IMG/VR virus record: IMGVR_UViG_3300046167_000032 | Coordinates: 1 to 64,000 of that record | Origin: a virus | Strand: one strand, 5' to 3' | DNA: 64,000 bases | In this document: piece by piece, positions 39,254-49,621 of the stretch | How the letters are laid out: every line of letters starts with the position of its first letter | Position numbering within the stretch: position 1 is the stretch's first letter | Notes under the pieces: generated by a model | The model's database searches: none | Seen by the model: the letters and a program-made list of their open reading frames with translations, nothing else | Told to the model about the DNA's origin: nothing | Position numbers and translations under genes: made by a program

Positions 39254-40107
39254 TGAACCACCCTGCTGAACTGGCGATAAATCAGTATCTTGAAGATGCT
39301 ACATCTGGTAAATCTAGTATGTCTGAAGAGACTATACAACAGATTGGTAAGGATGTAATGGATTCAGTACGCCGCCAGTTCGGTGGGGGCAACAGTCGTG
39401 ATGAGTTTCGTTTACGTATGTCTAACATAGGTAAGCCTACTTGTCAGCTTTGGTTTGCTAAGAACAAGCCAGAGAAAGCGTTGCCCAAACCGACAACTTT
39501 CGTGATGAACATGTTACTTGGAGACATAGTCGAAGCTGCATTTAAAGGTATCATTACCGAAGCAGGTGTAGCCTATGAAGACGAAGATAACTTTGTTCAA
39601 CTTGAATTAAACGAAGATACAATACATGGGTCATACGATCTTATTATGGATGGTGCATTAGATGATGTTAAGTCAGCATCTGATTGGTCATATCGTAACA
39701 AGTTTGAATCGTATGATACACTCAGTAAGGGTGATTCATTTGGTTACATTGGTCAGCTTGCAGGTTATGCAAAGGCTACTGGTAAGAAAGCTGGTGGTTG
39801 GTGGGTAGTCAACAAGGCTAATGGTAACATCAAGTATGTACCTGCCGATGGACTTGACTTGGATACAGAGATAGCTAAGATACAAGACACTGTAGACACA
39901 GTTAATAAGAATGAGTTTAAAAGATGTTTCAATCCCGTACCAGAAACGTTTCGGGGTAAGCCATCAGGTAATACTATTCTAAATCCTAACTGTAAGTTCT
40001 GTGACTTTAGGTTTGAATGCTTTCCAGAACTACAAGAGTTACCATCTAAGGTATCACAAGCTAGAGTTAAACCAACAGTAAGTTATATTACTGTAAACGA
40101 GGGTTAA
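39253..40107 (+). CDS. PD-(D/E)XK (Cas4-like) exonuclease
   Basis: GSYD...DDVKS, QLAGY, C-terminal CKFCDFRFEC. Confidence 0.8.
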   Translation: MNHPAELAINQYLEDATSGKSSMSEETIQQIGKDVMDSVRRQFGGGNSRDEFRLRMSNIGKPTCQLWFAKNKPEKALPKPTTFVMNMLLGDIVEAAFKGIITEAGVAYEDEDNFVQLELNEDTIHGSYDLIMDGALDDVKSASDWSYRNKFESYDTLSKGDSFGYIGQLAGYAKATGKKAGGWWVVNKANGNIKYVPADGLDLDTEIAKIQDTVDTVNKNEFKRCFNPVPETFRGKPSGNTILNPNCKFCDFRFECFPELQELPSKVSQARVKPTVSYITVNEG

Positions 40108-40110
40108 ACC

Positions 40111-40563
40111 ATGAAGGCAAAGCAGTACGCTGCCGCAAGGAAGCATGGGTATAGGAGTGGGTTAGAGGTCAGGACAAGAGACTATCTAATTGAGCATGAG
40201 ATGCCATTCAAATATGAGGAGATCAAGATTGAATGGGAAGACCTTATGTACCGCACCTATACCCCTGACTTTGTATTGAAGAACGGCATTATAATTGAGA
40301 CAAAAGGAATGTTCAAAGCTGAAGATCGCCGTAAACATCTATTAATAAAGAAGCAACACCCTAAGTTAGACATACGATTTGTATTTACTAACAGTCGTTC
40401 TAAGATAAGTAAGGGTGCTAAAACTAGCTATGGACAATGGTGTGAGAAAAATGGTATACAGTATCATGATCGTATCATTCCATTGGAGTGGCTGAAAGAA
40501 AAAGGCAAAGACAAACATCCAGATTTAATTAACTGCCCATACAAAAAGATAAAGAGAGGATAG
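40111..40563 (+). CDS. T7 endonuclease I-like Holliday junction resolvase
   Basis: YRSGLE, YTPDF, IETKG, LDIRFVF, YGQWCEK. Confidence 0.93.
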   Translation: MKAKQYAAARKHGYRSGLEVRTRDYLIEHEMPFKYEEIKIEWEDLMYRTYTPDFVLKNGIIIETKGMFKAEDRRKHLLIKKQHPKLDIRFVFTNSRSKISKGAKTSYGQWCEKNGIQYHDRIIPLEWLKEKGKDKHPDLINCPYKKIKRG

Positions 40564-40570
40564 CGCAGAC

Positions 40571-40924
40571 ATGAATGAAGAGAATGTATTAATAGATTTC
40601 CATCCTAATGATTATATTATCAAGCTATCTCCATTTTTAGATGAGAAGGGTAACTGGACAGGAGAGTTGATGGTAGGCACTATATCTACAGAAGATAATG
40701 TGATGAATGATAATGATCACTACCAACTCACACATCTAACTCAGATGATTTGTGCCTCTATACCTGCTATGGAAGAGAGTGCAGAAGTTCGTGATCTACT
40801 AAGTGAGATAGTAGAGGAAGCTAAGAATGAAGGTATCTTAACAGAGTTACCAGAAGAGAAAACTAAAAAGAAACCAGATATAACCAGTGTAGATAAAAAT
40901 ATAATCAACGTTAAGTTTCATTAA
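40571..40924 (+). CDS. Hypothetical protein
   Basis: ORF with RBS in replication operon. Confidence 0.7.
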   Translation: MNEENVLIDFHPNDYIIKLSPFLDEKGNWTGELMVGTISTEDNVMNDNDHYQLTHLTQMICASIPAMEESAEVRDLLSEIVEEAKNEGILTELPEEKTKKKPDITSVDKNIINVKFH

Positions 40925-40937
40925 GGGGGACAATGAT

Positions 40938-41096
40938 ATGATAGTAAAAATATTTCTAACTCTTGATTTAGATGAAGATGAGTATCCTGTACCTGTAGAT
41001 GGAAAGATACACGATGAAGTAGAAGACGCATTAAAAGAGTTTATATATGATGTTGACGGGATGGAAATCCAATCAATCAAAACAATAGTGGAGTAG
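40938..41096 (+). CDS. 52-aa acidic protein, not in ORF track
   Basis: MIVKIFLTLDLDEDEYPVPVDG...; GGGGG RBS. Confidence 0.65.
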   Translation: MIVKIFLTLDLDEDEYPVPVDGKIHDEVEDALKEFIYDVDGMEIQSIKTIVE

Positions 41097-41097
41097 T

Positions 41098-43011
41098 ATG
41101 AATATGAATAACCATTTACCAACTGACTATCAATCTTTCATACACAAGTCACGTTATGCACGTTGGCTTGAGGAAGAAGGCCGTAGAGAAACGTGGTCAG
41201 AAACAGTAGGACGATACATGACGAACCTAGTGCAACCAGCATTAGGTGATAACCCTAAACAGATAGCAGAGATTGAACGGGCTATACTAGGACTAGAAGT
41301 GATGCCTTCTATGCGAGCATTAATGACTGCTGGTCCAGCTTTAGCTCGTGACAATACAGCAGGTTACAATTGCTCGTATCTAGCAGTAGACGATGTTAAA
41401 TCTTTTGATGAAGCTATGTTTATTCTGTTGTGTGGTACAGGTGTTGGGTTCTCAGTTGAACGTCAATCTGTGACTAAACTACCAGAAGTACCAGAGCATA
41501 TGTATGATAGTGAAACTACTATTGTAGTTAAAGATAGCAAAGAAGGTTGGGCTAAAGCATTACGTCAGATGATTGCACTACTATATAGTGGTGAGATACC
41601 AAGATGGGATGTGTCTAAGGTACGACCTGCAGGTGCAAAGCTAAAGACATTTGGTGGTAGAGCATCAGGTCCTATGCCTTTGATTGATCTGTTTAACTTT
41701 GTTATCAAGACATTTAAAGATGCCAAAGGACGTAAGCTATCGTCACTAGAGTGTCACGACATCATGTGTAAGATAGGTGAGGTAGTAGTCGTAGGTGGAG
41801 TACGCCGTAGTGCTATGATTTCATTGAGTAATTTATCAGATGATAGAATGCGACATGCTAAGTCAGGCTCATGGTGGGACAATGATCCTCAACGTGCATT
41901 GGCTAACAACTCTGTGTCATACACTGAGAAGCCTGATAGTTTATCTTTCATGCGTGAGTGGATGGCGTTAGTTGAGTCAGGCTCAGGTGAACGTGGTATC
42001 TTCAACAGACAAGCATCTAAGAAACAAGCGGCTAAGAATGGAAGACGTGACCCTAACTATGAGTTCGGAACTAACCCATGCAGCGAGATAATTTTGAGGA
42101 AGAATCAATTCTGTAATCTAACAGAGGTAGTTGTAAGAGCTACTGATAGTACAGAAGACTTAGAACGTAAGGTACGTATAGCTACAATACTAGGTACAAT
42201 ACAATCATCATTCACTAAGTTCCCATACTTACGTAAGTCATGGCAAACTAATACAGAAGAAGAAAGATTACTTGGTGTATCTATGACAGGTATCATGGAT
42301 AACCCATTGACTACAAAAGCTAACAAAGGATTGGAGAAAACTCTTGAACACCTCAAACAAATCGCCGTTGCTACTAATGCTAAGTGGGCTGAACGCCTTG
42401 ATATCCCTGTCAGTACTGCTATCAGCTGTGTTAAACCAAGCGGTACTGTCAGCCAACTGGTTGACTCTAGCAGTGGCATACACGCTCGTCACTCAGCCTA
42501 TTATATTCGCACTGTACGTGGAGACAACAAAGACCCGTTGACACAGTTCATGATTGATCAAGGTATACCTAACGAGCCAGATGTAATGAAGCCTGATCAG
42601 ACTACAGTGTTCAGCTTCCCTATGAAAGCTCCACAAGGTGCAACAGTTACTGCTGACATGACTGCTATAGAACAGCTAGAGATGTGGTTAGCCTATCAGA
42701 GATCATGGTGTGAACACAAACCATCTGTTACGATTAATGTAAAGAATAACGAGTGGTTTGAGGTAGGTGCATTTGTGTATAAACATTTTGATGAGATGTC
42801 AGGTGTATCATTCTTACCATTCAATGAACACACTTATCAGCAAGCACCTTACCAAGATGTAGAAGAGAAGACATACCTAGAGTTACTAGGGTCTATGCCT
42901 TCATCTATTGATTGGAGTGAACTATCTGAGTACGAACAGGAAGACAACACAGCAGGTAGCCAGACACTAGCATGTTCTGGAGATAGCTGTGAGATTGTTG
43001 ACTTAGTATAA
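41098..43011 (+). CDS. nrdJ: Class II (adenosylcobalamin-dependent) ribonucleotide reductase
   Basis: YNCS, GTNPCSEI, CNL, VKPSGT, C-terminal ACSGDSCE; no beta-subunit gene. Confidence 0.92.
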   Translation: MNMNNHLPTDYQSFIHKSRYARWLEEEGRRETWSETVGRYMTNLVQPALGDNPKQIAEIERAILGLEVMPSMRALMTAGPALARDNTAGYNCSYLAVDDVKSFDEAMFILLCGTGVGFSVERQSVTKLPEVPEHMYDSETTIVVKDSKEGWAKALRQMIALLYSGEIPRWDVSKVRPAGAKLKTFGGRASGPMPLIDLFNFVIKTFKDAKGRKLSSLECHDIMCKIGEVVVVGGVRRSAMISLSNLSDDRMRHAKSGSWWDNDPQRALANNSVSYTEKPDSLSFMREWMALVESGSGERGIFNRQASKKQAAKNGRRDPNYEFGTNPCSEIILRKNQFCNLTEVVVRATDSTEDLERKVRIATILGTIQSSFTKFPYLRKSWQTNTEEERLLGVSMTGIMDNPLTTKANKGLEKTLEHLKQIAVATNAKWAERLDIPVSTAISCVKPSGTVSQLVDSSSGIHARHSAYYIRTVRGDNKDPLTQFMIDQGIPNEPDVMKPDQTTVFSFPMKAPQGATVTADMTAIEQLEMWLAYQRSWCEHKPSVTINVKNNEWFEVGAFVYKHFDEMSGVSFLPFNEHTYQQAPYQDVEEKTYLELLGSMPSSIDWSELSEYEQEDNTAGSQTLACSGDSCEIVDLV

Positions 43012-43250
43012 TGTTTGTGGTAATATCCAGAGACAATTGTAGCTTTTGTAATATGTCAAAAGATTTAATATATCTTTACAATCAAAGTTACAGAGAGTAT
43101 AATGTGGAATCAGGCAGTTCAAAATGGATACTGTCTTTATTAAAAAAGGCAGGGTACAAAACTGTACCTCAAATATATGCTCCCGATGGCTCATACATCG
43201 GGGGTTATGAATCACTACTAACCTATATGAAGGAGAATCACAATGGCTAA
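43011..43250 (+). CDS. Glutaredoxin
   Basis: CSFC, TVPQI, IGGY. Confidence 0.92.
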   Translation: MFVVISRDNCSFCNMSKDLIYLYNQSYREYNVESGSSKWILSLLKKAGYKTVPQIYAPDGSYIGGYESLLTYMKENHNG

Positions 43251-43455
43251 AGTAACGATAGATGAGGTTGAATATGAATCAGATGATTTTACAGATACTC
43301 AGAAGAATCTTTTACAAGAGATCACAATCAATAACAATATCCAATCACAAAAGAACTACGAGATACACTGTCTCAAGTTCACTAATGAAACACTGGTGGC
43401 TAAACTAAAGGAAGAGTTAAACGCACCAGAAGCTGAAGAACCTAAGAAGGAATAA
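43243..43455 (+). CDS. Hypothetical protein
   Basis: AAGGAG RBS; VTIDEVEY N-terminus. Confidence 0.7.
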   Translation: MAKVTIDEVEYESDDFTDTQKNLLQEITINNNIQSQKNYEIHCLKFTNETLVAKLKEELNAPEAEEPKKE

Positions 43456-43470
43456 CATAGGATAATCCTT

Positions 43471-43728
43471 ATGATTAAACGTACAAGAGAATCACGTGGT
43501 CTGGGTAAGTATGACGCACCGCTAAAGCTACAACATCAAATGGGATACAGTAGTTTTAAACGTGGTAGTACTAAGAACCCATTCAGTGAAGATACTATGC
43601 AGTATCGTGAGTGGAATAGAGGGTATAGTAAAGCCTTCTATGATAATTTAAAACGGGTAACTACCGATGAACTTAGAACAAGAAGCCGAGCAATTTATGA
43701 AGGAGAAGTACAACATGGTAGAGTTTAA
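43471..43728 (+). CDS. Hypothetical protein, possible Rmf/CrpP-like fold
   Basis: GY...G...NPF......EW.RGY pattern. Confidence 0.45.
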   Translation: MIKRTRESRGLGKYDAPLKLQHQMGYSSFKRGSTKNPFSEDTMQYREWNRGYSKAFYDNLKRVTTDELRTRSRAIYEGEVQHGRV

Positions 43729-44044
43729 CGTGTACCAAACTACCGCATCTGATACTGCTATATATGACGATCAGTACAAAATCCTATACCCTGCTCTTGG
43801 TTTAGCAGGTGAAGCAGGTGAGATTGCAAATAAGGTGAAGAAACTAATACGTGACGGACCAGTTAACAGGCCACCAGATTGGCGTGAACAAATATCTGAT
43901 GAGCTAGGAGATGTTCTATGGTATTGTGCTGCACTAGCTACTGATCTTAATCTGACATTGGGTAAGGTTGCAGGTGATAACATAAACAAACTTGCTGCAC
44001 GTAAAGAAGCTGGCACTATAGGTGGTAGCGGAGACAAACGATAG
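43667..44044 (+). CDS. mazG: MazG-like nucleotide pyrophosphohydrolase
   Basis: LGLAGEAGE..NKVKK, DELGDVLWY, N..KL..R, GSGDKR. Confidence 0.92.
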   Translation: MNLEQEAEQFMKEKYNMVEFNVYQTTASDTAIYDDQYKILYPALGLAGEAGEIANKVKKLIRDGPVNRPPDWREQISDELGDVLWYCAALATDLNLTLGKVAGDNINKLAARKEAGTIGGSGDKR

Positions 44045-44046
44045 AC

Positions 44047-44080
44047 AAAAAAGAAGGGGCTTAATTGCCCCTTTTTCTTA
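44047..44080. terminator. Bidirectional intrinsic terminator
   Basis: A-tract, AAGGGGC-ttaatt-GCCCCTT, T-tract between convergent operons. Confidence 0.88.
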
Positions 44081-44100
44081 TTCATTGTTTTGATACACTC

Positions 44101-47100
44101 TTACATAGCTTTACCATATCCAATCAACTCTATTAAGTTGTCAATAGCTGTATCAACTTCTTCTTCAGTGCTACCTGATATACTAGGTTCATGATTATTA
44201 CTATCGAAGAACTCACTACTAGCAAATCTACGTTGAGCTTTAGTTAGTTTGGCATACTGTGATCGTAACATTGCTAACTCACTTGTGTCTTCAGACATAT
44301 CCATAGATACACTACTCTTTAAGTTATTTATTTCTTTCTGTAGCTTACCTCTTAACGTATTATTTATATATTGATCTTCTGTATATTTCTTTTTAAATGG
44401 ATCGTCACTTGGGCGTTTATTATATTCTTTACGTAAACCTACTTCTAATCCTTTAAAAATATCTACTATACTAGGTAAAAACTCTTGTAAAATTTTGTTT
44501 TCTGCCCTACGTGTACTAGACATACGTGATCTACTACCCAGTTCAAACTCTGTAAATCCTTTATCTGTTAAGTATTCTCCATACTCTTCATCCTTAGTAA
44601 ATTTTGTTATACCAAGTAACAAACTACTCATCAAACCTTTACGTTCTTTATCGGGAGAGAATACAAACTCTCTTTCAGTTTCATCAAACTCTTCGCTTGG
44701 TCTGAATATATTACTAACACCACGTTGCGCAAACCCACGTTTAATTTCACCTAATATAGAAGGAGCTTCATCAGTAGATTTATCTATATATGTAGAGGGT
44801 CTGTAACCAGTAACCCTCTGTGCTTCTACCACCTGAGTTATGGGTATAGCCCACGTAGTCAAGTAATCTGCTATCAACCTACCTGCTGCCTTTTGTAACT
44901 TTTCTTCGCCAACAAGATCACCACCATCAGAAAGTATATTTGAAATCTCATTTATAAAAACATTTGATGCGCCCGTTCTAGCCGAAGCACCTAAGAAAGT
45001 TTCGGATGCTTCTTTAGCATCAAACCAATCCATAAATGTACCTGTACCCGTATCTTCTTCTTTCCTACCCATAAGAGAACCAATTTTATTTGCTACCACA
45101 ACTCTAGGTATATATTTTTGAGCGTCAGGGTCTAATCTTTTAGCTGCTTCTGCCATCCATAAAAATTGTCTCATCGGATACTGTGCTGTAACATCTATAA
45201 CATTACCTTCTTCAGCATTAATCTCTTTATATTCGGCAGGTGCATCTTCTGATGTGCGGTACTGATAGGCGGCAGTAAAAGCCACAATACCACTAATATT
45301 ACGTGATATATTCTGTCTATCTTTAGCGTCTAACGGACCTTTCTTAGCACGAGTCACTCGTTGTATTGCTGGCATAAACGCACCACCAGAGTACTGTCCC
45401 ATTAATTCTATTGAGTTAAACATAAACCTTGGGAATGGTGTAGTGAATGCAGTTAAACCATTACGTGTTAAAAAGTTAGCTGTTTCTCTAAACAAAGGTA
45501 CGTCAGGCGCTTTTGCATATGTAACATCTAACGCTTTACGTGTACTATCTTCTATCAATTGAGCAAACTGAGGTGTACCTTTAGGTCTATACTTACTAGA
45601 GTTAGACATCAACTCATTCAAGTCACCTTTCTTTAAGACATCCATTAATTCTACACCATAGTCTCTTAACACTAGGCGTTCAAGCTCACCCATAAATACA
45701 CCACGGCGAATAACAAACTCCTGTATTCTGTTAGGTACATTTAACATATTGACTACGTCTTCACCTCTACTCAATACAAAATCTGTAACACCACCCTTGC
45801 CTCTACCTGTAGCAGTTTGATATTCATTTATATTATCAAATAAAGCTGTGAATTGATTACTAAACTCAGGTCTGTCTAGCAAATAGTCTGTTATTTCTTT
45901 AGCCTGTATTGGATTTGCGTACATTCTTTTTAGTGCTCGTGTACTACCCTTCCAATTACTAGGAGATACAAAAGTTTTAGCACCCGTAGCCATTGCCTTA
46001 GCACCTGCTAATACCTTACCACTACCTGTGGTATCAGCAAACTCTTGAGACATTTTGTAAAGTGTTGTATCAAAGACGTTCTCTAACGCTTCCATAGGAG
46101 TTCTTATCATAGCAGATTGAAAGTTACGTGCTGCAGTTTTTATCATAGAAACCATAGTACCACGGCGCATATTCTCTACTCTACGCCATGCCTTTACTAT
46201 TTCACTTTGCCCTTTTTCAATCATGCGCTCTTGTGCGTTTGCTATTTCATCTAAAGAACCTGCACGCCTTATTTGAGACAACTTGTTTAATATCTTACCA
46301 GCCTCAGAACCAGAACCTACAACTGTAAGAACATAATCATCAAAAGTTAATCCATATTTAGCCAAAGAGTCTGCTAAATCCTGACTCTCAACAAGTTTAT
46401 CATCTACAGTTAATCTAAATAAACTGTCAACAATACTCTCGCCTTTTTTAAACTCATTTGGATTTGCTTTTTTAAAGTCTGAAGCAACTGCTACAATAGC
46501 ATCAAATTTTTCTGGTATAAGTAGTGGGCTAACTAAGTCATCAACCTCATCTGCCATACCACTGTATGCCTGTGCCTCACTTACACCTGTCTCTCTGTAC
46601 AGGGCATCTTTTTCTCTTTGTTTACGTAGTCTTTCATTCTTAGATATATTATTGCCAGAAATACCAGAGTTTTCAATCTTTGCATATCTCTCAGCTATAG
46701 ATGTTTGTAGTTCAACTACATCTTTAGACACTTCTTTACCTGCTACACGAGCCAGATCACCATCTATTACTTTATTACCTTCTTTACCAGTAGATATAAC
46801 TTTACCTGTAGACTCTTCAAACTCTTTTATTAACTGCTGTGATAGAGCCTTATTATCTTCAGCCACTTTCTTGGCTGCAAGCCTCTTAGCTGCAATAGTT
46901 TCTGCATCAGCTTTAAGTATGCTAGTCATTTGTTCACTAACACCACCCTTGAGAAATTTTGTACCCTTACGTACTACTGTACCAGTACCTAATGCGGAGG
47001 CAACCATTTCAACTGTGTTTATACCTACATACTTAGCGGCCTCACCGTATTCACCACGATCATAGAACAATTTAGCTTGCCTAAAATTTTCTGGTACATC

Positions 47101-47760
47101 CATTAGACCCATAGCCGCACCAAGAAATGGTGTAAACTCTACGCCATTTATAATAGCATTAATGTCTGTAGCTTTCATGCCTTTGTCTAGCATAGCACTA
47201 GCCATACTTGAGCGTATAACATTAGGGCCATTAAGCATATTATTAACGTCACTAACAGCATCTTTAAAGTGTTGACCACGTGTCTCGGCTAATGTACTTG
47301 TAAGCTCTGTACCTTGTGGCTTAGGCATTGTCAGTGCTGTTTGTGTCCCATACTTCTCATCGTATGCTTTCGCATTTGCAAATCGTATATTGTAGTTATC
47401 TATCTGTGCTTGTGCGTCTTTCATAGCATCATCTTGATATGCCTGTGCATCACCTAAACCTTGATCAATTTGTGAGGCTAGACGTGGGTCAAGTTCTGAA
47501 ACCTCACCATCATCATTTAAAGTTTCCCTAACTACATTCTCAGTACCCACAACAGATGGTGCTTCAAGACCCCCTATAGTTGGCAGTTTACTTGCACTAG
47601 AAAATATACTTTCTTCATCTGTATCTATAGTAACAGCTTCTTCTTCTTCTTCTGGTATTTCCACATTTAGTAGTTCTTCATTTTCTTCTGAAGAAGTTTC
47701 TGCATCACCAATAGTAGGAAGTTCATTTATATTAGAAAATATACTTGTTTCTTCTTCCAT
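44101..47760 (-). CDS. Large putative internal virion (ejection) protein
   Basis: 1219 aa, helical, last gene of the late cluster. Confidence 0.6.
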   Translation of the reverse strand: MEEETSIFSNINELPTIGDAETSSEENEELLNVEIPEEEEEAVTIDTDEESIFSSASKLPTIGGLEAPSVVGTENVVRETLNDDGEVSELDPRLASQIDQGLGDAQAYQDDAMKDAQAQIDNYNIRFANAKAYDEKYGTQTALTMPKPQGTELTSTLAETRGQHFKDAVSDVNNMLNGPNVIRSSMASAMLDKGMKATDINAIINGVEFTPFLGAAMGLMDVPENFRQAKLFYDRGEYGEAAKYVGINTVEMVASALGTGTVVRKGTKFLKGGVSEQMTSILKADAETIAAKRLAAKKVAEDNKALSQQLIKEFEESTGKVISTGKEGNKVIDGDLARVAGKEVSKDVVELQTSIAERYAKIENSGISGNNISKNERLRKQREKDALYRETGVSEAQAYSGMADEVDDLVSPLLIPEKFDAIVAVASDFKKANPNEFKKGESIVDSLFRLTVDDKLVESQDLADSLAKYGLTFDDYVLTVVGSGSEAGKILNKLSQIRRAGSLDEIANAQERMIEKGQSEIVKAWRRVENMRRGTMVSMIKTAARNFQSAMIRTPMEALENVFDTTLYKMSQEFADTTGSGKVLAGAKAMATGAKTFVSPSNWKGSTRALKRMYANPIQAKEITDYLLDRPEFSNQFTALFDNINEYQTATGRGKGGVTDFVLSRGEDVVNMLNVPNRIQEFVIRRGVFMGELERLVLRDYGVELMDVLKKGDLNELMSNSSKYRPKGTPQFAQLIEDSTRKALDVTYAKAPDVPLFRETANFLTRNGLTAFTTPFPRFMFNSIELMGQYSGGAFMPAIQRVTRAKKGPLDAKDRQNISRNISGIVAFTAAYQYRTSEDAPAEYKEINAEEGNVIDVTAQYPMRQFLWMAEAAKRLDPDAQKYIPRVVVANKIGSLMGRKEEDTGTGTFMDWFDAKEASETFLGASARTGASNVFINEISNILSDGGDLVGEEKLQKAAGRLIADYLTTWAIPITQVVEAQRVTGYRPSTYIDKSTDEAPSILGEIKRGFAQRGVSNIFRPSEEFDETEREFVFSPDKERKGLMSSLLLGITKFTKDEEYGEYLTDKGFTEFELGSRSRMSSTRRAENKILQEFLPSIVDIFKGLEVGLRKEYNKRPSDDPFKKKYTEDQYINNTLRGKLQKEINNLKSSVSMDMSEDTSELAMLRSQYAKLTKAQRRFASSEFFDSNNHEPSISGSTEEEVDTAIDNLIELIGYGKAM

Positions 47761-47764
47761 TTAA

Positions 47765-48880
47765 TTACTCCGCATTAAAAAATTTAGCATCTACATTAGC
47801 CGCATTTAGATAACTTGGTATGCCTAAATCTTTGTATGTACTACCAACGTATGTACCTATTAAGTAACCGCCTTCGGGATTAGCAACTGCATAAACAGAA
47901 CCTATAGGCAATGCACCACTAGCTGCGGCTTCTTTCATAAGAGTTTCACTCTCAAACATTTTATACGTGTCTTCATCTTTTGATAATATTTTACTCTGTG
48001 CGTAATTGTCTAAAGTAACCTTAGCATTTTTTGCTATAGCTTTAATTTCACCATATAGAGATTCTTCTTTTGCAACAACATCGTTTTGATTTTGTAGCAT
48101 AATTGCTGTATCTAACTCTGCCATACCTAGCTTATTAGTACCTTTATACTTGCCTACTAATTGTCCCATAGAACCCACAGATAAATCTAAAGTATTTCGT
48201 GCTATAGTACGTTGATTCTTTATTAACTCTAATCTTTGAGAAGGGCTATAAAACTCTTTTATACCATCTACATCATCTGGCTTACGCTTGGCATCCTCTA
48301 ACTTAGAAGCCTGTGCAAAAAACTGTCTTTCTTTTTCATCTACAATAGCAATTTTATCGGGATCATCACCTGCATCAATACGTTCTTGTAATAGTGCTAC
48401 CTGAAAGGCTGCTATAGTTTTAAACTCTTTCGTTGGTTTTATTGGTGTAAATCTACTAGCAAAACTATCAATACCCATTCCTTCTGGAACATCTGCTGTT
48501 TTAGATATTTCACCAATACTTGTTGTATTTGCTGTGTCTATACTAGCAATATCATTATTAGGCATAGTATACATAGAGGAAGCAGACATACCTTTTTCAT
48601 CATAAAACTTTCCTTTACTTACAGCATGTGCAACAGCAATTTTACCCCTTGGTACTATGTCTTCTATTTGCTCAGGTGTAAAATACAAAGATAAACTTTC
48701 TACTAAGTTATCTGCTATCTCTTGTTCTTCATCACGTTTGGCTTGTTTAGCTAACCTCTGACGTGTTGCAATCATAGCTTCATCGTCTGCTAACTTGTTT
48801 ATACGATCTCGTTTATCATCTAAATCTTCAGTAAGTTTTTTAGCAAAACCAGCACCAAATGCTTGTAAGTTAAATGCCAT
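47765..48880 (-). CDS. Putative internal virion protein
   Basis: N-terminal AFGAGFAK amphipathic segment; gene position. Confidence 0.5.
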   Translation of the reverse strand: MAFNLQAFGAGFAKKLTEDLDDKRDRINKLADDEAMIATRQRLAKQAKRDEEQEIADNLVESLSLYFTPEQIEDIVPRGKIAVAHAVSKGKFYDEKGMSASSMYTMPNNDIASIDTANTTSIGEISKTADVPEGMGIDSFASRFTPIKPTKEFKTIAAFQVALLQERIDAGDDPDKIAIVDEKERQFFAQASKLEDAKRKPDDVDGIKEFYSPSQRLELIKNQRTIARNTLDLSVGSMGQLVGKYKGTNKLGMAELDTAIMLQNQNDVVAKEESLYGEIKAIAKNAKVTLDNYAQSKILSKDEDTYKMFESETLMKEAAASGALPIGSVYAVANPEGGYLIGTYVGSTYKDLGIPSYLNAANVDAKFFNAE

Positions 48881-49404
48881 TATACTCTCCTTGCCATAAG
48901 ACCACTAGGCTGTGGCTCTTCATCAACTGTATCTTCCATAGGCATATCAGATTTTTCATCAACTTTAATATTGTCTATTGCTTTAGGTAATCTTTCACGC
49001 ATCTTTTTCATGGCTATTGCAATCTTAGACTCACTAATTTTATCTTCGTCAACAGCTTTTTCAGTACCTAATGTATATTCAATACCAGCTTCATCACCTA
49101 TAAATGCAAGCATCTCAATGATTACAGGCATAGCTAATATACCTACGTCTATTGTATGTAACCCCTGCATCACCGCCGTTGATTGCATTGAGTCTGCCAT
49201 AGTTGTTAGTGGTATACCCAGTTCCATACTGTCGAGTAGTGCATCGTAAACATCGTCAGATGTAAGTCTTGGTATATAAAACTCAAGTGCTTCTTCTACT
49301 GTGTTATACTTTGGTGGGTTCTGCCAAGGTCTACCGCCAACTTCAGCAGTCATGCCTTGTCCGGGAATAGGATAGTTAAAAGAGGGAGAAGGTTTATCGA
49401 CCAT
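48880..49404 (-). CDS. Hypothetical virion-associated protein
   Basis: PIPGQGMT...PWQNPP; ends GLMARR. Confidence 0.6.
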   Translation of the reverse strand: MVDKPSPSFNYPIPGQGMTAEVGGRPWQNPPKYNTVEEALEFYIPRLTSDDVYDALLDSMELGIPLTTMADSMQSTAVMQGLHTIDVGILAMPVIIEMLAFIGDEAGIEYTLGTEKAVDEDKISESKIAIAMKKMRERLPKAIDNIKVDEKSDMPMEDTVDEEPQPSGLMARRV

Positions 49405-49609
49405 TGGTAAGTTGCTTTCTCTTTTTACGGATAGAGGTTACATAGTCTCGCACTCTATCAATTGGTTCATTTAATTTTTCTTTAGGTTCAGCTTCACGTT
49501 TACGAGATAGAAGACCCATACCCATAGAAGATTTCTTAGGCATATCTTCAAGTTCTGCATCTGTAATGTTTAAGTTTGAATATGCTGTAACTGCTGGGTT
49601 AATATTCAT
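49394..49609 (-). CDS. Hypothetical protein
   Basis: ORF with AAGGA RBS in operon. Confidence 0.6.
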   Translation of the reverse strand: MNINPAVTAYSNLNITDAELEDMPKKSSMGMGLLSRKREAEPKEKLNEPIDRVRDYVTSIRKKRKQLTNGR

Positions 49610-49621
49610 TATTGTATTCCT

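Noticed and set aside
39253-40107. Cas4 indicating a CRISPR system
   Set aside because: Stand-alone PD-(D/E)XK exonucleases are routine in phage replication modules
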